DNA of 64,000 bases from Ardenticatenia bacterium (lineage in GTDB: Bacteria; Chloroflexota; Anaerolineae; 4572-78; NAK82). Position 1 is the stretch's first letter; each line of letters starts with the position of its first letter. Positions 25,751-36,127 of the stretch are shown piece by piece. Made by a program: the position numbers and the translations under genes. The stretch is from contig QEXY01000108.1 in the NCBI GenBank assembly GCA_003130875.1, forward strand, positions 3,806 through 67,805. The letters are read 5' to 3'. A model generated the notes under the pieces. It made no database searches, was not told the origin of the DNA, and was given only the letters and a program-made list of their open reading frames with translations.

Positions 25751-28714
25751 ATGGTATCTGCGACGGACAACCAACCGCCTTCCCCGATGAGGGCTGCGAG
25801 GGCATCGGATGCCGCATCAGCTGCAGCCTCTTCAGCGCGCCGCGTCGACGCAGGTCTGCTGGTTGCTCTGCTCCTGACACTGTTTGCCATCTGGCCGCTG
25901 CTGGCCCACCGCGGCCTGCCCAACACGGCGGACGGGGCGGTGCACCTGATGCGTCAGGCGGAGCTCAACCAAGCCTGGAAGGATGGCATCCTGTATCCGC
26001 GCTGGGCGCCGGACCTGGCATATGGATACGGTATGCCCCTCTTTCACTACGCGCCGCCGCTGCTCTATCAGGTGACGCAGGGGTTGCATATGGCGGGACT
26101 ACCCCTGGATGAGGCGATGAAAAGCACTCTGATCATGATGGTGCTGCTCTACAGCACGGGCAGCTATCTCTTCGTGCGGGATGTTTTCAGCCCACGTGCG
26201 GGAGTGCTGGCGGCTGCCACGTACTTATATGCCCCCTACCGTCTGCGTGAGCTCTACATCCAGGGCAATTACGGTCAGTTCTGCGGGCTTGCCTTCTACC
26301 CGCTTATCCTGTGGGCGTTCTACCGCAGCGCCACCGACCGGTCACCACGCTATCTGCCGCTGGCAGGGCTGGCGTTGGCGGGGTTGTTGCTGAGCCACAA
26401 CATCAGCTTCATGCTGTTCGTCCCCCTGTGGATGGGTTATCTCGCCTACCTGCTCCTGTTTGGCGCGCCGGAGATGCTGGGACGGAGGACGGTGGTGAAG
26501 CGTTTCGTCCTGGCCGGCGTCTTGGGACTGGGGCTCGCTGCCTTCTTCTGGCTGCCCGCCTTCGCCGAACGCGATGCGATCCGCCTCGCCGGCATCACCA
26601 CTGGTTTCTTCGATTTTCGGCGCAACTTCATCGGCCTGGACGAATTGCTCGCCCTGCCGCGCCCGCTTGACCAGGCAGCTGTCAATCCCTACTTCCCGCT
26701 GAGCCTGGGCGCCTCACAACTGGCGTGGGCCGGACTGGCGCTGGTGAGCTGCCTTGTGTGTCTATCGATCGGGCTGGGCCACTTCCTGGTCCGTGGAACC
26801 GTCCCGGACAGGAAACCCCTTGAATGTCCTGCGGACCGACACCTGAGCGGACACGTCCTCTACTTCGGCGCTGCCTTGCTGGTGTATGGCTTTCTGATGC
26901 TTCCCGAATCGCAGCCCTTATGGGAGGCAGCGCCTCTGCTTGAACTGGCCGAGTTTCCCTGGCGTATGTTAGGGCCGGCGGGGTTATGCGCCGCGGTGCT
27001 GGCCGGCGGATGGGTCCATCTGTGGGAAAGGTGGTTTGCTTCCGCTGCCTTGTCCCAGCGCGCCGGCCGCGTCGTCCTGGTCATCGGGCTGGCGCTGACC
27101 CTGGCCGCCCATCTGTTTTACTTCTTTCCCACCCAATTCATCGCCTGGGGTACGCCCACCCCCGACGACGTGATGGCCTATGAGCGGCGTTCTCGCGCCA
27201 TCGGCACCACCAGTACCGGCGAATTCCTGCCGCGCTGGGCAGAGCGGCACCCTTCGCCCGACGTGCTGGCGCCCCCACAAGCGAGCGACGAGCTCGCCCC
27301 GCGGGTCGAACCGCTCTCCCTGCCAGAAGGCGCCCGCACCAGGACGCTGCAGGTCACCGCGCACCAGATCCTGTTGTACGTCAACAGCCCAAGGGATTTC
27401 ACCGCCACCTTCCGGTTGTTGTACTGGCCTGGCTGGCAGGTGTGGATCCGGCAGCTGCCCGATGGAGCATGGCAACCGGTGACAGAGGTCGAGGTCACCC
27501 GGCCGGATGGACTGATGCGCGCACCGCTGCCCGCCGGCGAGATCGAGGTCTTACTCCGTTTAGAAGAATCCCCCCTGCGCCGTTTCAGTGCGTGGGTTTC
27601 TCTACTGGCTGCCATCGCGTGCGCCGGGATCGTGCTCTGGACACGGCTGCACCCCACCACAAAATCGCAGCGCGCGGTTGCTACATCCCCGGACGCGCAT
27701 CCCCGACCGACCCTCCGCACGTATCCGCGGCGTGAGGCGTTGATCCTTGCGTCCGGCCTTCTGGCCGCCGTGCTGGCAATTCGCCCCCTCGAAAGCTGGC
27801 TGCGCGTTCAATCCCCACCCGGCAGTGTGGTGGGCGTGGAACACCCGCGCCGGGCGACCTTCGCCGACCAGGTGCACCTGTTGGGATACGACCTGCCGTC
27901 CTGCAGCCAATGGTGGACGCCAATCCGCTGCACCATGCCCGCAGACGAAGCGCTTCCGGAGATCCTCGCCCAGCCGGGCGAAACGCTGCGCGTCGTGCTC
28001 TACTGGCAGGCGCTGCGCCCCTTGGAACGCGACTACAGCGTGTTCCTGCATCTGAACGGGCTGGATCAGCGCACCTATGCCGGCGACGATGAGGTGCATC
28101 CGGACGACATCCCCACTTCCTCCTGGCCGCCGACAATGTACGTGCGCAATCCGATGCGCCTGGTGTTGCCGGCAGACGCCCCGCCGGTGCGTTACACCCT
28201 CCAGACAGGCCTTTATCTCCGAGCCAATGGAAAACGGCTGCATGCCGCGGAGTGCGCCTGCAGCGAATTTCCGCTCGCTTACGTCTGGCTGCTGCCGGCG
28301 GCTCCGCTCACCGAGCAGGATATCCCGAATCGGCTGGGGTATCGGCTGGGCAACACGATTCAGCTGCTCGGCTACCAGCTCGAGCGGTCGCCCGACCGGC
28401 TGACCCTCTATTGGCGCACCGATCAGCGCCAGGTCACCCGTTACACTGTCTTCATCCATGTGTACGACGCGCACGACCACATGATCGCCCAGGCGGATTC
28501 GCCGCCGTTCGGTGGTCTGTACCCCACCGATGCGTGGCTGCCGGGACAGATCATCGCCGATCTCCATACCCTTGCGCTGCCGGCGCAGGCTCACATCCTG
28601 CGCGTGGGTCTCTATGACCTATCCAGCATGCAACGCCTGAGCGCCACCGGTCCGGACGGACAGCCGGCCGCGGAGGACGCCATTGTGATCCCGATCGCCA
28701 ATGCCGAGCTCTAG
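25751..28714 (+). CDS. Giant polytopic membrane protein (PTPS-related/COG5617-like, GT-C-like) with two C-terminal copies of the recurrent domain
   Basis: 987-aa ORF. N-terminal block ADGAVHLMRQAEL..GILYPRWAPDLAYGYGMPLFHYAPPLLY recalls the '6-pyruvoyl-tetrahydropterin synthase-related' membrane family. Domain copies lie at about 27858-28290 and 28343-28711. The start could instead be Met13. Confidence 0.7.
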   Translation: MVSATDNQPPSPMRAARASDAASAAASSARRVDAGLLVALLLTLFAIWPLLAHRGLPNTADGAVHLMRQAELNQAWKDGILYPRWAPDLAYGYGMPLFHYAPPLLYQVTQGLHMAGLPLDEAMKSTLIMMVLLYSTGSYLFVRDVFSPRAGVLAAATYLYAPYRLRELYIQGNYGQFCGLAFYPLILWAFYRSATDRSPRYLPLAGLALAGLLLSHNISFMLFVPLWMGYLAYLLLFGAPEMLGRRTVVKRFVLAGVLGLGLAAFFWLPAFAERDAIRLAGITTGFFDFRRNFIGLDELLALPRPLDQAAVNPYFPLSLGASQLAWAGLALVSCLVCLSIGLGHFLVRGTVPDRKPLECPADRHLSGHVLYFGAALLVYGFLMLPESQPLWEAAPLLELAEFPWRMLGPAGLCAAVLAGGWVHLWERWFASAALSQRAGRVVLVIGLALTLAAHLFYFFPTQFIAWGTPTPDDVMAYERRSRAIGTTSTGEFLPRWAERHPSPDVLAPPQASDELAPRVEPLSLPEGARTRTLQVTAHQILLYVNSPRDFTATFRLLYWPGWQVWIRQLPDGAWQPVTEVEVTRPDGLMRAPLPAGEIEVLLRLEESPLRRFSAWVSLLAAIACAGIVLWTRLHPTTKSQRAVATSPDAHPRPTLRTYPRREALILASGLLAAVLAIRPLESWLRVQSPPGSVVGVEHPRRATFADQVHLLGYDLPSCSQWWTPIRCTMPADEALPEILAQPGETLRVVLYWQALRPLERDYSVFLHLNGLDQRTYAGDDEVHPDDIPTSSWPPTMYVRNPMRLVLPADAPPVRYTLQTGLYLRANGKRLHAAECACSEFPLAYVWLLPAAPLTEQDIPNRLGYRLGNTIQLLGYQLERSPDRLTLYWRTDQRQVTRYTVFIHVYDAHDHMIAQADSPPFGGLYPTDAWLPGQIIADLHTLALPAQAHILRVGLYDLSSMQRLSATGPDGQPAAEDAIVIPIANAEL

Positions 28715-30974
28715 AAGCATACCAACCGTCGCGGTTTTGATATCCTTCCTGGTGCTCGCTCTTGGCAACACCGCTCCCCTGTGGTTCCATCTTGACATAG
28801 CGGTGCCCGGCGACATCGGCGATCCCTTGCTCAACGCCTGGATCCTGGCCTGGGATGCCCATGCGCTGCTGCACCAGCCCAACCGTCTCTTCGACGCCAA
28901 CATCTTCTTCCCGCTGCCCAATACGCTGGCATATTCGGAGCACCTGCTCGCCACGGCGCTTTTGGCTATGCCGCTGCAGGTGGCCAGCGGTCAGCCGCTG
29001 CTGACATACAACGTCACCCTGCTGGTGAGCTTCGCCCTGTCTGGCCTGGGCATGTACCTGCTCTGTCTGCAGTGGACGGGCCGGCGCATCGCCGCTCTGG
29101 TCGCCGGCCTGGCCTATGCCTTCGCGCCCTACCGGCTGGCTTCCATCTCGCACCTGCAGCTGCTGACGGTGCAATGGCTGCCCCTCAGCCTGCTCGCACT
29201 TGACCACATGCTCGCGCGCATCGGGCAAGGTGGAGGGGAAGACGAACGTGCCAAGACAGAGAACAGGGACATCTGGAAGGCACTGGTCTTGTTCGGGGTG
29301 TTCACCCTGTTGCAGGTGCTCTCCAGCTGGTATCTGGCCGTCTTCAGCGCTGCGGTGCTGGTTCTGTACTTGTTGACGTGGACCGGGCGCTATGGATGGC
29401 GCAGGATGCGCCGGGCGTTGGCGTGGCTCTTGTGCGCCGGGGGCGTGGTGACGCTGGTGGTGACGCCGGTCGCGCTGCCCTATTTCGAGGTGTTACCCCA
29501 TCTGGAAGCGACTCGGCCAGCCGAGGTAGTGAGATTGCTCGGCGCCCGCCCCAGCGATTTTCTGGCCGCGGCGCCGTGGATGCGTCTGGCCGGGCCGCTG
29601 AGCACAGCTTACCGCGAACGCCCCGGCTTCACCGAGGAGCACATGCTCTATCCCGGACTGCTCATCGCGCTTTTGACCCTGAGCGCCATCGGGCTGTTTG
29701 CCTATCGTGTCGCCACTCGGAAAGAAGGCTTCACCGCCCATTGGCGTGCTGGGGTGCTCATCCTGATACTGCTCATCGCGTGGGGACTCACTATAGATGG
29801 TCCTTATCGCGAGCTGGCGCACTGGCTGCCCTCTCTGCGCGTGATCCGGGCGCCGGCACGCTGGATGGTCGTGGTGACATGCGCCATGGCCGGCCTGGTG
29901 GGTTACGCGCTTGCCTGGCTGGAAGGGCATCGCGCCACCTGGCCATCACCATCCTGCACACGAGCTCGTTCCCGCGCCCGCCGTGTACTCAGCTATATGG
30001 CGCCGGCGCTCCTCGCGATCGGCATCTACGCCGAGTCGTTTGCCGTACCGCTGCCGCTGGCGCACGTCGGGAACGTGGAAGAAATGCATCCCGTCTATCG
30101 GGCGCTCAGGCGTCTCACGCTCAGCGAGGAAGAGGGGCGCGGTGCGGTGCTCGAATTGCCCATGTATGTCGCGCCTGCGCCGGAATACCCCGAGGCCAGG
30201 CGTATGCTGGCCAGCTGTCTGGGATGGTGGCAGCTGGTCAACGGCTACAGCGGCTTCACCCCGGCACGGCAGCTGGAATGGGGCAGCCGCTTGGCCAGAT
30301 TCCCGTCTGCGGAGGCGCTGGCGACCCTGCGCGACCTGGGCCGGCTGGGAGTGCGCTATCTCATCGTACACACCGCCGAAGCCCCCTTCGACCCGGCGCG
30401 CTGGCAGGCGACCGAACGCCATATCGTCGAACGGACCACCACGCTCCTGCCGCTGGGCGACTTCGGCCCGGACAGCCTCTACCTGATCAACCCGCATGGT
30501 GACGCGCTGATCCGCGACCCGCAGGCCATCTCCGAGCCTTTCTGGGCGAAAGGCGCGCCGCTGCCGCTGTCTGTCACCTTCGAGGCGGAAGGGGCTGCGC
30601 TCCAGCTGCTGGCCTACCGGCTGGATCCTGTGCTCCCGGAGGCAACCCTACAGGTGCCGTGGGCGCGCGCACTCCGTCTGACCCTTTACTGGCAGGCATC
30701 CCGGGCTTCCACCCGGTCCTACACCGTGTTTGTGCACGCCTTCGACCGGAGCGGTGCATTGGTCGGGCAGGCAGATGCACCGCCCGTCGCCAATCAGTAT
30801 CCGACCCACCTATGGCGCCCGGGCGAGATCGTGCAGGATAGCCGCCTGGTGCCGCAGGCCACTGCCCTGCGCATCGGGCTGTACGACGCCGCCACCGGCC
30901 AGCGCCTGTCCGCCTTCGGGCCGGATGGCCGCCGATTGGAGCAGGACGCGGTGCTCATCCGGGTTGAGGAGTGA
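28701..30974 (+). CDS. Polytopic membrane protein, GT-C-like (family unassigned), with the recurrent C-terminal domain
   Basis: 757-aa ORF with a 14-nt overlap on the upstream gene. N-terminus GDIGDPLLNAWILAWDAHAL..LFDANIFFPLPNTLAYSEHLL followed by many TM segments. Tail LLAYRL..LYWQAS..SYTVFVHAFD..QADAPP..YPTHLW..IGLYDA (30579-30971). Confidence 0.7.
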   Translation: MPSSRSIPTVAVLISFLVLALGNTAPLWFHLDIAVPGDIGDPLLNAWILAWDAHALLHQPNRLFDANIFFPLPNTLAYSEHLLATALLAMPLQVASGQPLLTYNVTLLVSFALSGLGMYLLCLQWTGRRIAALVAGLAYAFAPYRLASISHLQLLTVQWLPLSLLALDHMLARIGQGGGEDERAKTENRDIWKALVLFGVFTLLQVLSSWYLAVFSAAVLVLYLLTWTGRYGWRRMRRALAWLLCAGGVVTLVVTPVALPYFEVLPHLEATRPAEVVRLLGARPSDFLAAAPWMRLAGPLSTAYRERPGFTEEHMLYPGLLIALLTLSAIGLFAYRVATRKEGFTAHWRAGVLILILLIAWGLTIDGPYRELAHWLPSLRVIRAPARWMVVVTCAMAGLVGYALAWLEGHRATWPSPSCTRARSRARRVLSYMAPALLAIGIYAESFAVPLPLAHVGNVEEMHPVYRALRRLTLSEEEGRGAVLELPMYVAPAPEYPEARRMLASCLGWWQLVNGYSGFTPARQLEWGSRLARFPSAEALATLRDLGRLGVRYLIVHTAEAPFDPARWQATERHIVERTTTLLPLGDFGPDSLYLINPHGDALIRDPQAISEPFWAKGAPLPLSVTFEAEGAALQLLAYRLDPVLPEATLQVPWARALRLTLYWQASRASTRSYTVFVHAFDRSGALVGQADAPPVANQYPTHLWRPGEIVQDSRLVPQATALRIGLYDAATGQRLSAFGPDGRRLEQDAVLIRVEE

Positions 30975-31051
30975 CAGGCTTTTATGCCCCTTAACCCTTT
31001 CTTTCACCAGGGACGAGGGAGGGGCGCCTCGGGTTAAATCCCACATCACCG

Positions 31052-33859
31052 CTACCTCGAACACCTAACCCACATGAAAGGGCGCAGCGCTACGGCCAGC
31101 AGCCCCACCCAGACGACCCAAGCTGCGGCGCTGATCCAGGCACCGATGCGCAGCGTGGCGGGGTGATAGCGCAACTCCACGCGATGCTCGCCCGGCGTTA
31201 TGGGCACGGCGCGGAACATCAGATTGGCGCGCAGGATGGGCGTCGGCTGTCCGTCCACAAAGGCTTCCCAACCCGGATAGAACGTGTCGAACACCACCAA
31301 GTAGCCGGGCGCGTCGCTGGTGACGACGAGGGAGATCGCCTCTGGCTCATAGCGTGTCAGAGTCGCCTCGCTCCTGCCTGAGACGTCGATCGCCTCCCCT
31401 GCGCTCAGCAAAACCAGCCGGGCCGGGTCAAAAGATGGGTCGCGCATGCGGGCGAGCACCGCTTCGTCGTCGGAAACCACCTCGGCCTGATGCACAACTA
31501 GCGCGCGCGGCAGGACATCCAGGTTTTCATAGATTTTCACGTCGCCGGAGTGCACCAGGTGATAGCGCCCTTCGGTGGACAACGTCAGCTGCTGCCCCGT
31601 GCGGGTGCGCGTGTCTACCAGACTCAACCCGCGCAGCACAAACTCCCCCTCCGGCAACACCGCTTCAACCACGAGGTCCTCCAGATAATGAGGATCCTGC
31701 AAGGGGAGCAGCGCGATGTAGTCGCTGCCGGTGGGGTCATCGCGCCACGTGTGCCCGATGCGCGCCTGGCGGTGCGCTACGCCGGCATGGTAGTGCCCTT
31801 CGCTGGTGTCACGCCCCGCCACCAGTTCCAACGTTTGCCGCCAGCCGGTCTCGTCACGCACGTGGAGGCGCGCCACCGGGGTGCCGTCGGAGAGACCCGC
31901 CGCGCCTTCCAGATGGGAGACGACCCCCAAAGCAGTGGCCGGAAAGCGCGGCAAGGCGGTCGGTCGCACCGCCGTAACCCCGTGCGGACTGAGGCGGGCG
32001 CTGAATTGCAGGTCGTAATAGATGCCGTCGATCCAGACGTCATAGACCTTGTCGGTGATCACATACTTGACGCCCAACAGGGACAACAGCCGCCCAGGGG
32101 GCACATCGCGCAGCTGCTCGCGCAACCGTCCGTCCACGGCGAGCCGGTCCTCCGGCAACAATAGTCGCTGCAGGGTCAGGAAATCACGCAAGGGCAGCAA
32201 GCCACCATCATAGCCATCCACGCTATACAGCCCATACAAGAGGGGCAGATTGTAAAAGAGCACCTCTTTTTGCTTCGCTGCGACGATGTAATCATACACC
32301 GCCCGTTCCGGCAGCTGACCGCCCAGTATAGCACGCATCTCGGCCAGGTCTCCCGGGTCGTACACGATGCCCGACAAGCTGAGGAAGCGATACACGCCAG
32401 GATCTGTCTTCAAATGCGCGATGGAGGGACGCAACAAGGTGTAGGCCTCTGGCGCCGTGGGATGGTTGTGGCGCAGCGATTGGCCAGCGAGCCACAGCTC
32501 TACGACCAGGATGGCAGCCAGCAGCGGTGGCAACCAGGCGAGGAATGTCTGCTGCTCCCCCTTCACACTCTGTACGCGGACGACCACCCATTCCAAACCG
32601 AGGCCGATCAGCACCGCCACCCCCCAGGCATAAAATGCCATCCACCGTGCCGGCGCACGAAAGGCGTCGAACCCCGGCGCCAGGTGATAGAGCACATAAT
32701 AGAACGGGTTGGCCCGCCCCAGCGCCAGGAACAGGCCTGCGATGGCAAGGAGGGTGAAAACCCGCGCTGCCACTGCCCAATGGAGGGAACCGGAGCGCCC
32801 CTCGCCTCCCGACCCAGACTGTCCCCCAGAAACCCTCGACCGGTGACGCCATCCCTGCCATCCGGCAACCACTGCCAGTCCCAGCCCCACAAGGCCGACG
32901 TAGGCAACATATTCGCTATACGCTTCGCCGAATATCTGGGCCAGGTCCGTGCCATATGGCGGCAGCAACGTGGCGTGTAACAGCCAGGGATTCAAGCTGA
33001 ACGCGGTAGCCTCCCGATAGCTGAGCCCCTCGCTGCGCACTGACAGGCGCGCCAGCTCCCAGGTAGGCAGCAGCTGGACTGCGGTCAGGAGCACGGCCAG
33101 CGCCACGGCCAGCGCCAAGCTCAACAGGCCGTCCAGCCGATACCCGCGCATCCAGGCGCGCAGCCTCTGGGCGCGGGCGCCCTGGATCAACGCACATGCA
33201 GGGCGCACCAATGCGTAGAGGCCCAGCCCCGTCAGCGCGATGAAGGTGGCCTGGGCATGGCCGGCCAGGATCATCAGCGCGATGACGAGCGCCAGCAGCA
33301 ACGTCCGCCCCGCGCGGCGCCACATGCGCATCCCCAGCCCGCTTCCCTCCGCGCCCGCCATGATCCCCTCCAGCAGCCAGAAGGCCCAGGGCAGCCAGGC
33401 GAGGCAATTGAGCTGATTGATGTGTTCACTCTGTGCCGCCAGAAACCCACCCAAAGCGAATGAGACCGCGGCGGCGACGCTGGCCAACCAGCCGAGGTGC
33501 CATCCATTCCGAGCGTACAGGAGCGTACCTACCGCCGCCAACATTGTGTGCAGCACGATGGAGACGGCCACCTGTTTGGGCACTGGCAACCACAGCAACG
33601 GCCAGTGCAACGGATAGAGCACCGCCGCCTGCATGTTCGCCAGCAGGGGCACCCCCATGAACAGATAGGGATTCCAAAGGGGCAAGCGGCCTTGCAGCAG
33701 CTGCTGGGTCACAAACGCGCGGTAGGGATAGAAATACAGAAACGAATCGACGCCCACCAGGATGAGATTAGTGCAGACAATCTTATGAAAGAACATCAAT
33801 GGCAGGATAAGCACGGCCGCGACCGCCCCTGCGCTCCGCCACCATGATGTGCGCCTCAT
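31052..33859 (-). CDS. YfhO-family polytopic membrane protein (GT-C-like)
   Basis: Start at ATG 33857-33859 (MRRTSWWRSAG...) in an ATGA overlap with the upstream stop. GVDSFLYFYPYRAFV..GRLPLWNPYLFMGVPLLANMQAAVLYP and the C-terminal ..FYPGWEAFVDGQP..ANLMFRAV.. are YfhO hallmarks. The first 81 codons of the track ORF are rejected. Confidence 0.8.
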   Translation of the reverse strand: MRRTSWWRSAGAVAAVLILPLMFFHKIVCTNLILVGVDSFLYFYPYRAFVTQQLLQGRLPLWNPYLFMGVPLLANMQAAVLYPLHWPLLWLPVPKQVAVSIVLHTMLAAVGTLLYARNGWHLGWLASVAAAVSFALGGFLAAQSEHINQLNCLAWLPWAFWLLEGIMAGAEGSGLGMRMWRRAGRTLLLALVIALMILAGHAQATFIALTGLGLYALVRPACALIQGARAQRLRAWMRGYRLDGLLSLALAVALAVLLTAVQLLPTWELARLSVRSEGLSYREATAFSLNPWLLHATLLPPYGTDLAQIFGEAYSEYVAYVGLVGLGLAVVAGWQGWRHRSRVSGGQSGSGGEGRSGSLHWAVAARVFTLLAIAGLFLALGRANPFYYVLYHLAPGFDAFRAPARWMAFYAWGVAVLIGLGLEWVVVRVQSVKGEQQTFLAWLPPLLAAILVVELWLAGQSLRHNHPTAPEAYTLLRPSIAHLKTDPGVYRFLSLSGIVYDPGDLAEMRAILGGQLPERAVYDYIVAAKQKEVLFYNLPLLYGLYSVDGYDGGLLPLRDFLTLQRLLLPEDRLAVDGRLREQLRDVPPGRLLSLLGVKYVITDKVYDVWIDGIYYDLQFSARLSPHGVTAVRPTALPRFPATALGVVSHLEGAAGLSDGTPVARLHVRDETGWRQTLELVAGRDTSEGHYHAGVAHRQARIGHTWRDDPTGSDYIALLPLQDPHYLEDLVVEAVLPEGEFVLRGLSLVDTRTRTGQQLTLSTEGRYHLVHSGDVKIYENLDVLPRALVVHQAEVVSDDEAVLARMRDPSFDPARLVLLSAGEAIDVSGRSEATLTRYEPEAISLVVTSDAPGYLVVFDTFYPGWEAFVDGQPTPILRANLMFRAVPITPGEHRVELRYHPATLRIGAWISAAAWVVWVGLLAVALRPFMWVRCSR

Positions 33860-35523
33860 CTGGTCTCCTCGATGCGATAGACGATGAACGAGACGGAACC
33901 GTCGCGTCGGAAGGTGCGGAACACCTCGCGCAGCACCAATCCACGTTGTCGCAGCGCCAGCCGGGCCTCGGTCGCAGAGCGCCAGCTGGGAAAGACGATG
34001 TAACGCCGCGCCCCAGGACGCGCGCTCGCCTGGGCAGCTAAATCCTCCGGTGAGCGCCACATGCGAAAGTCGTACGGGCTGCCCCACAGGTAGAAGCGCC
34101 AATGCGGCCCCAGCCAGCGATGGTAGAACGTGGTGTTTTCCGGCACCGTCTTGAAGTAGGCAGCCAACTGGTCAATGCCGTCATAAGCGCCATGGTCGCC
34201 GCCAACGGGAAAGCGACTGGCCGCCGCATCCCGGACGGCGGGCAACGTGCCGGATAACAGCACCAGCACGAGGACCGTGTAGACGACCGCCAACGCGGTG
34301 ATCCCAGCACGCCAAGCTGGAGGCGCCGCAGGCACAATCACCTCCTCAGACTCGGATATCCGCGCACAACACCCGGCGCGCAGAGCACGCCACGGCAACA
34401 CGAGGACACGGGCCAACAGCAGGAGCAGCAACGCCACCGCGCCCAGCATATACCGATCCCAGATCTGAAACCCTATGAAGGCATGTTCCACCAGGAACAG
34501 GAGGAGGAAACCGCCGAGGACCATATCATAGCGAACCGCATCGCCCATCGTTCGCGCGGCACGCCTCGCCACCATTCCCGGCTCCGCGGCGACACTGCCA
34601 GGACATCCTGCGCGCAGCGGCCGCGCCCACATCCCACCCGAACCGCGTCGACGCAGGAACCAGACCACCCCATCCCCCAGCAGCAACCCCGCCACGCCGA
34701 CGAGACACACACGGTTCAGCAACGCTGATCCGGTGGCATATTGCAGCCACGTGGCGAAGCCGACCAGCCGCGGCCAGACCGCTTCCAGCGGCACATGCAT
34801 CGAACCGTAGCTGAGCATGCTCTGTTCCAGAAAGCCAGGACGACGGCCGCGCGCCACGTCCCAGATCAAAGCCAGGCACACCATCCATGCCAGTCCCAGG
34901 ACGAAGCGCTTCCAGGCACCCTTTGAGTGGTACCATCCCAGCCCGGCGATCAGGGGTAGAAACAGGATGCCCTGCTGCTTGGTCATCATCGCCAGTCCTA
35001 GCGCAACCCCTGCCCAACTGGCGCGCTGTTCGACCGCAGCGAGACATGCCGCCAACACCCACATGACCATCAGCGAATCGGTGAGGGCGGTGGCAGCGAA
35101 GAGGATGGCAAACGGAGAGGCCGCCCAGAGAAAGGCGGCCAACAACCCGGCGCCGCGCCCGTAGAGGCGCAGTCCCAGGCGGTACATCAGCAGGGCACTG
35201 ACCACATGCGCGGTCAGGGAGGGTAGACGGGCGGCCGTCTCCGTGGCGCCGAACAGCAGAAAACTGAGCGCCTGAAGGTACATGAAAAGCGGCGGCTTAT
35301 CCACCGGCGAACCGCTCACCATGATGTCGCGTCCGCTCGCGATGTCCAGCGCCCAGGTGCTGTAAACCGCTTCATCGTGATGGAAACGATTGCCCGCCAT
35401 GGGAGGTAGCGGCGCCAAGACCGCCAGCCCCACGACGAACAGCAGCCCGGCACGCAACCCCCAGCAGCGGAGGCGATCGCCTGGCATCAGCCATGCGAGG
35501 CGAGCCCACATCTCTATGAACAT
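33856..35523 (-). CDS. ArnT/PMT-family (GT39/GT83-like) membrane glycosyltransferase
   Basis: 555-aa ORF. HHDEAVYSTWA..SPVDKPPLFMYL.. is the canonical first-loop region of ArnT-like GT-C enzymes. Many TM segments and a soluble C-terminal domain without the recurrent motif. Confidence 0.8.
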   Translation of the reverse strand: MFIEMWARLAWLMPGDRLRCWGLRAGLLFVVGLAVLAPLPPMAGNRFHHDEAVYSTWALDIASGRDIMVSGSPVDKPPLFMYLQALSFLLFGATETAARLPSLTAHVVSALLMYRLGLRLYGRGAGLLAAFLWAASPFAILFAATALTDSLMVMWVLAACLAAVEQRASWAGVALGLAMMTKQQGILFLPLIAGLGWYHSKGAWKRFVLGLAWMVCLALIWDVARGRRPGFLEQSMLSYGSMHVPLEAVWPRLVGFATWLQYATGSALLNRVCLVGVAGLLLGDGVVWFLRRRGSGGMWARPLRAGCPGSVAAEPGMVARRAARTMGDAVRYDMVLGGFLLLFLVEHAFIGFQIWDRYMLGAVALLLLLLARVLVLPWRALRAGCCARISESEEVIVPAAPPAWRAGITALAVVYTVLVLVLLSGTLPAVRDAAASRFPVGGDHGAYDGIDQLAAYFKTVPENTTFYHRWLGPHWRFYLWGSPYDFRMWRSPEDLAAQASARPGARRYIVFPSWRSATEARLALRQRGLVLREVFRTFRRDGSVSFIVYRIEETR

Positions 35524-35574
35524 CCGAAAGCCTCTACCCTGCCGGCAGGACGAGCCGGTAAGGGTCGCGCTCCT

Positions 35575-36060
35575 TCACAAGCGCGGATGATAGCAATCGA
35601 TGAAGGCACGGTTCACCATGATCAGGCGCGCCGTGTCTCCCGATATCTCGCGCGTCGGCACCAGCGCATGCAGCTGCGCATGGGTGACCGGAACGAACGT
35701 GCCCCCCGTCACGTTGAGGAGATTGCTAAGTGGCATGTCCCCACTCGGGTGCAGATAGCCCTGAATGACATAGCGCGGCGTGTAGAGCACCGCCAGCTCG
35801 GCACGGGAGGGCAACGTCAGCAGCGCATCGCCCTCCGGCGTGCTGATCCCGATGGCGACAATCTGCCCCTTCGGCACGGTGACCATCGGTTGGGCGACAC
35901 GTTCGATTTTCGCCTGCGGATCCAGCGCCAGAATGTGTGCCTCTGCCAGATCCAACGTCTGCTTGTTGGGATTGTTGAGCCAGGTCAGGAAGGCATCGTT
36001 CGATGCGAACCGACCGCTGATCAGATACGCTAGCGTGTACACGCGGATGGGAAAGCGCAT
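35575..36060 (-). CDS. Hypothetical 161-aa protein
   Basis: Start at ATG 36058-36060 behind GGAG (MRFPIRVYTLAYLISGRF...). No family recognised. Lies downstream of, and co-oriented with, the DUF1786-like gene. Confidence 0.6.
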   Translation of the reverse strand: MRFPIRVYTLAYLISGRFASNDAFLTWLNNPNKQTLDLAEAHILALDPQAKIERVAQPMVTVPKGQIVAIGISTPEGDALLTLPSRAELAVLYTPRYVIQGYLHPSGDMPLSNLLNVTGGTFVPVTHAQLHALVPTREISGDTARLIMVNRAFIDCYHPRL

Positions 36061-36127
36061 TGCCTCATCTCCACTGCGTAAAGGAATATGCGAAACGCTC
36101 TGAAATCGCCTGCCCGGTACAGCTGGA

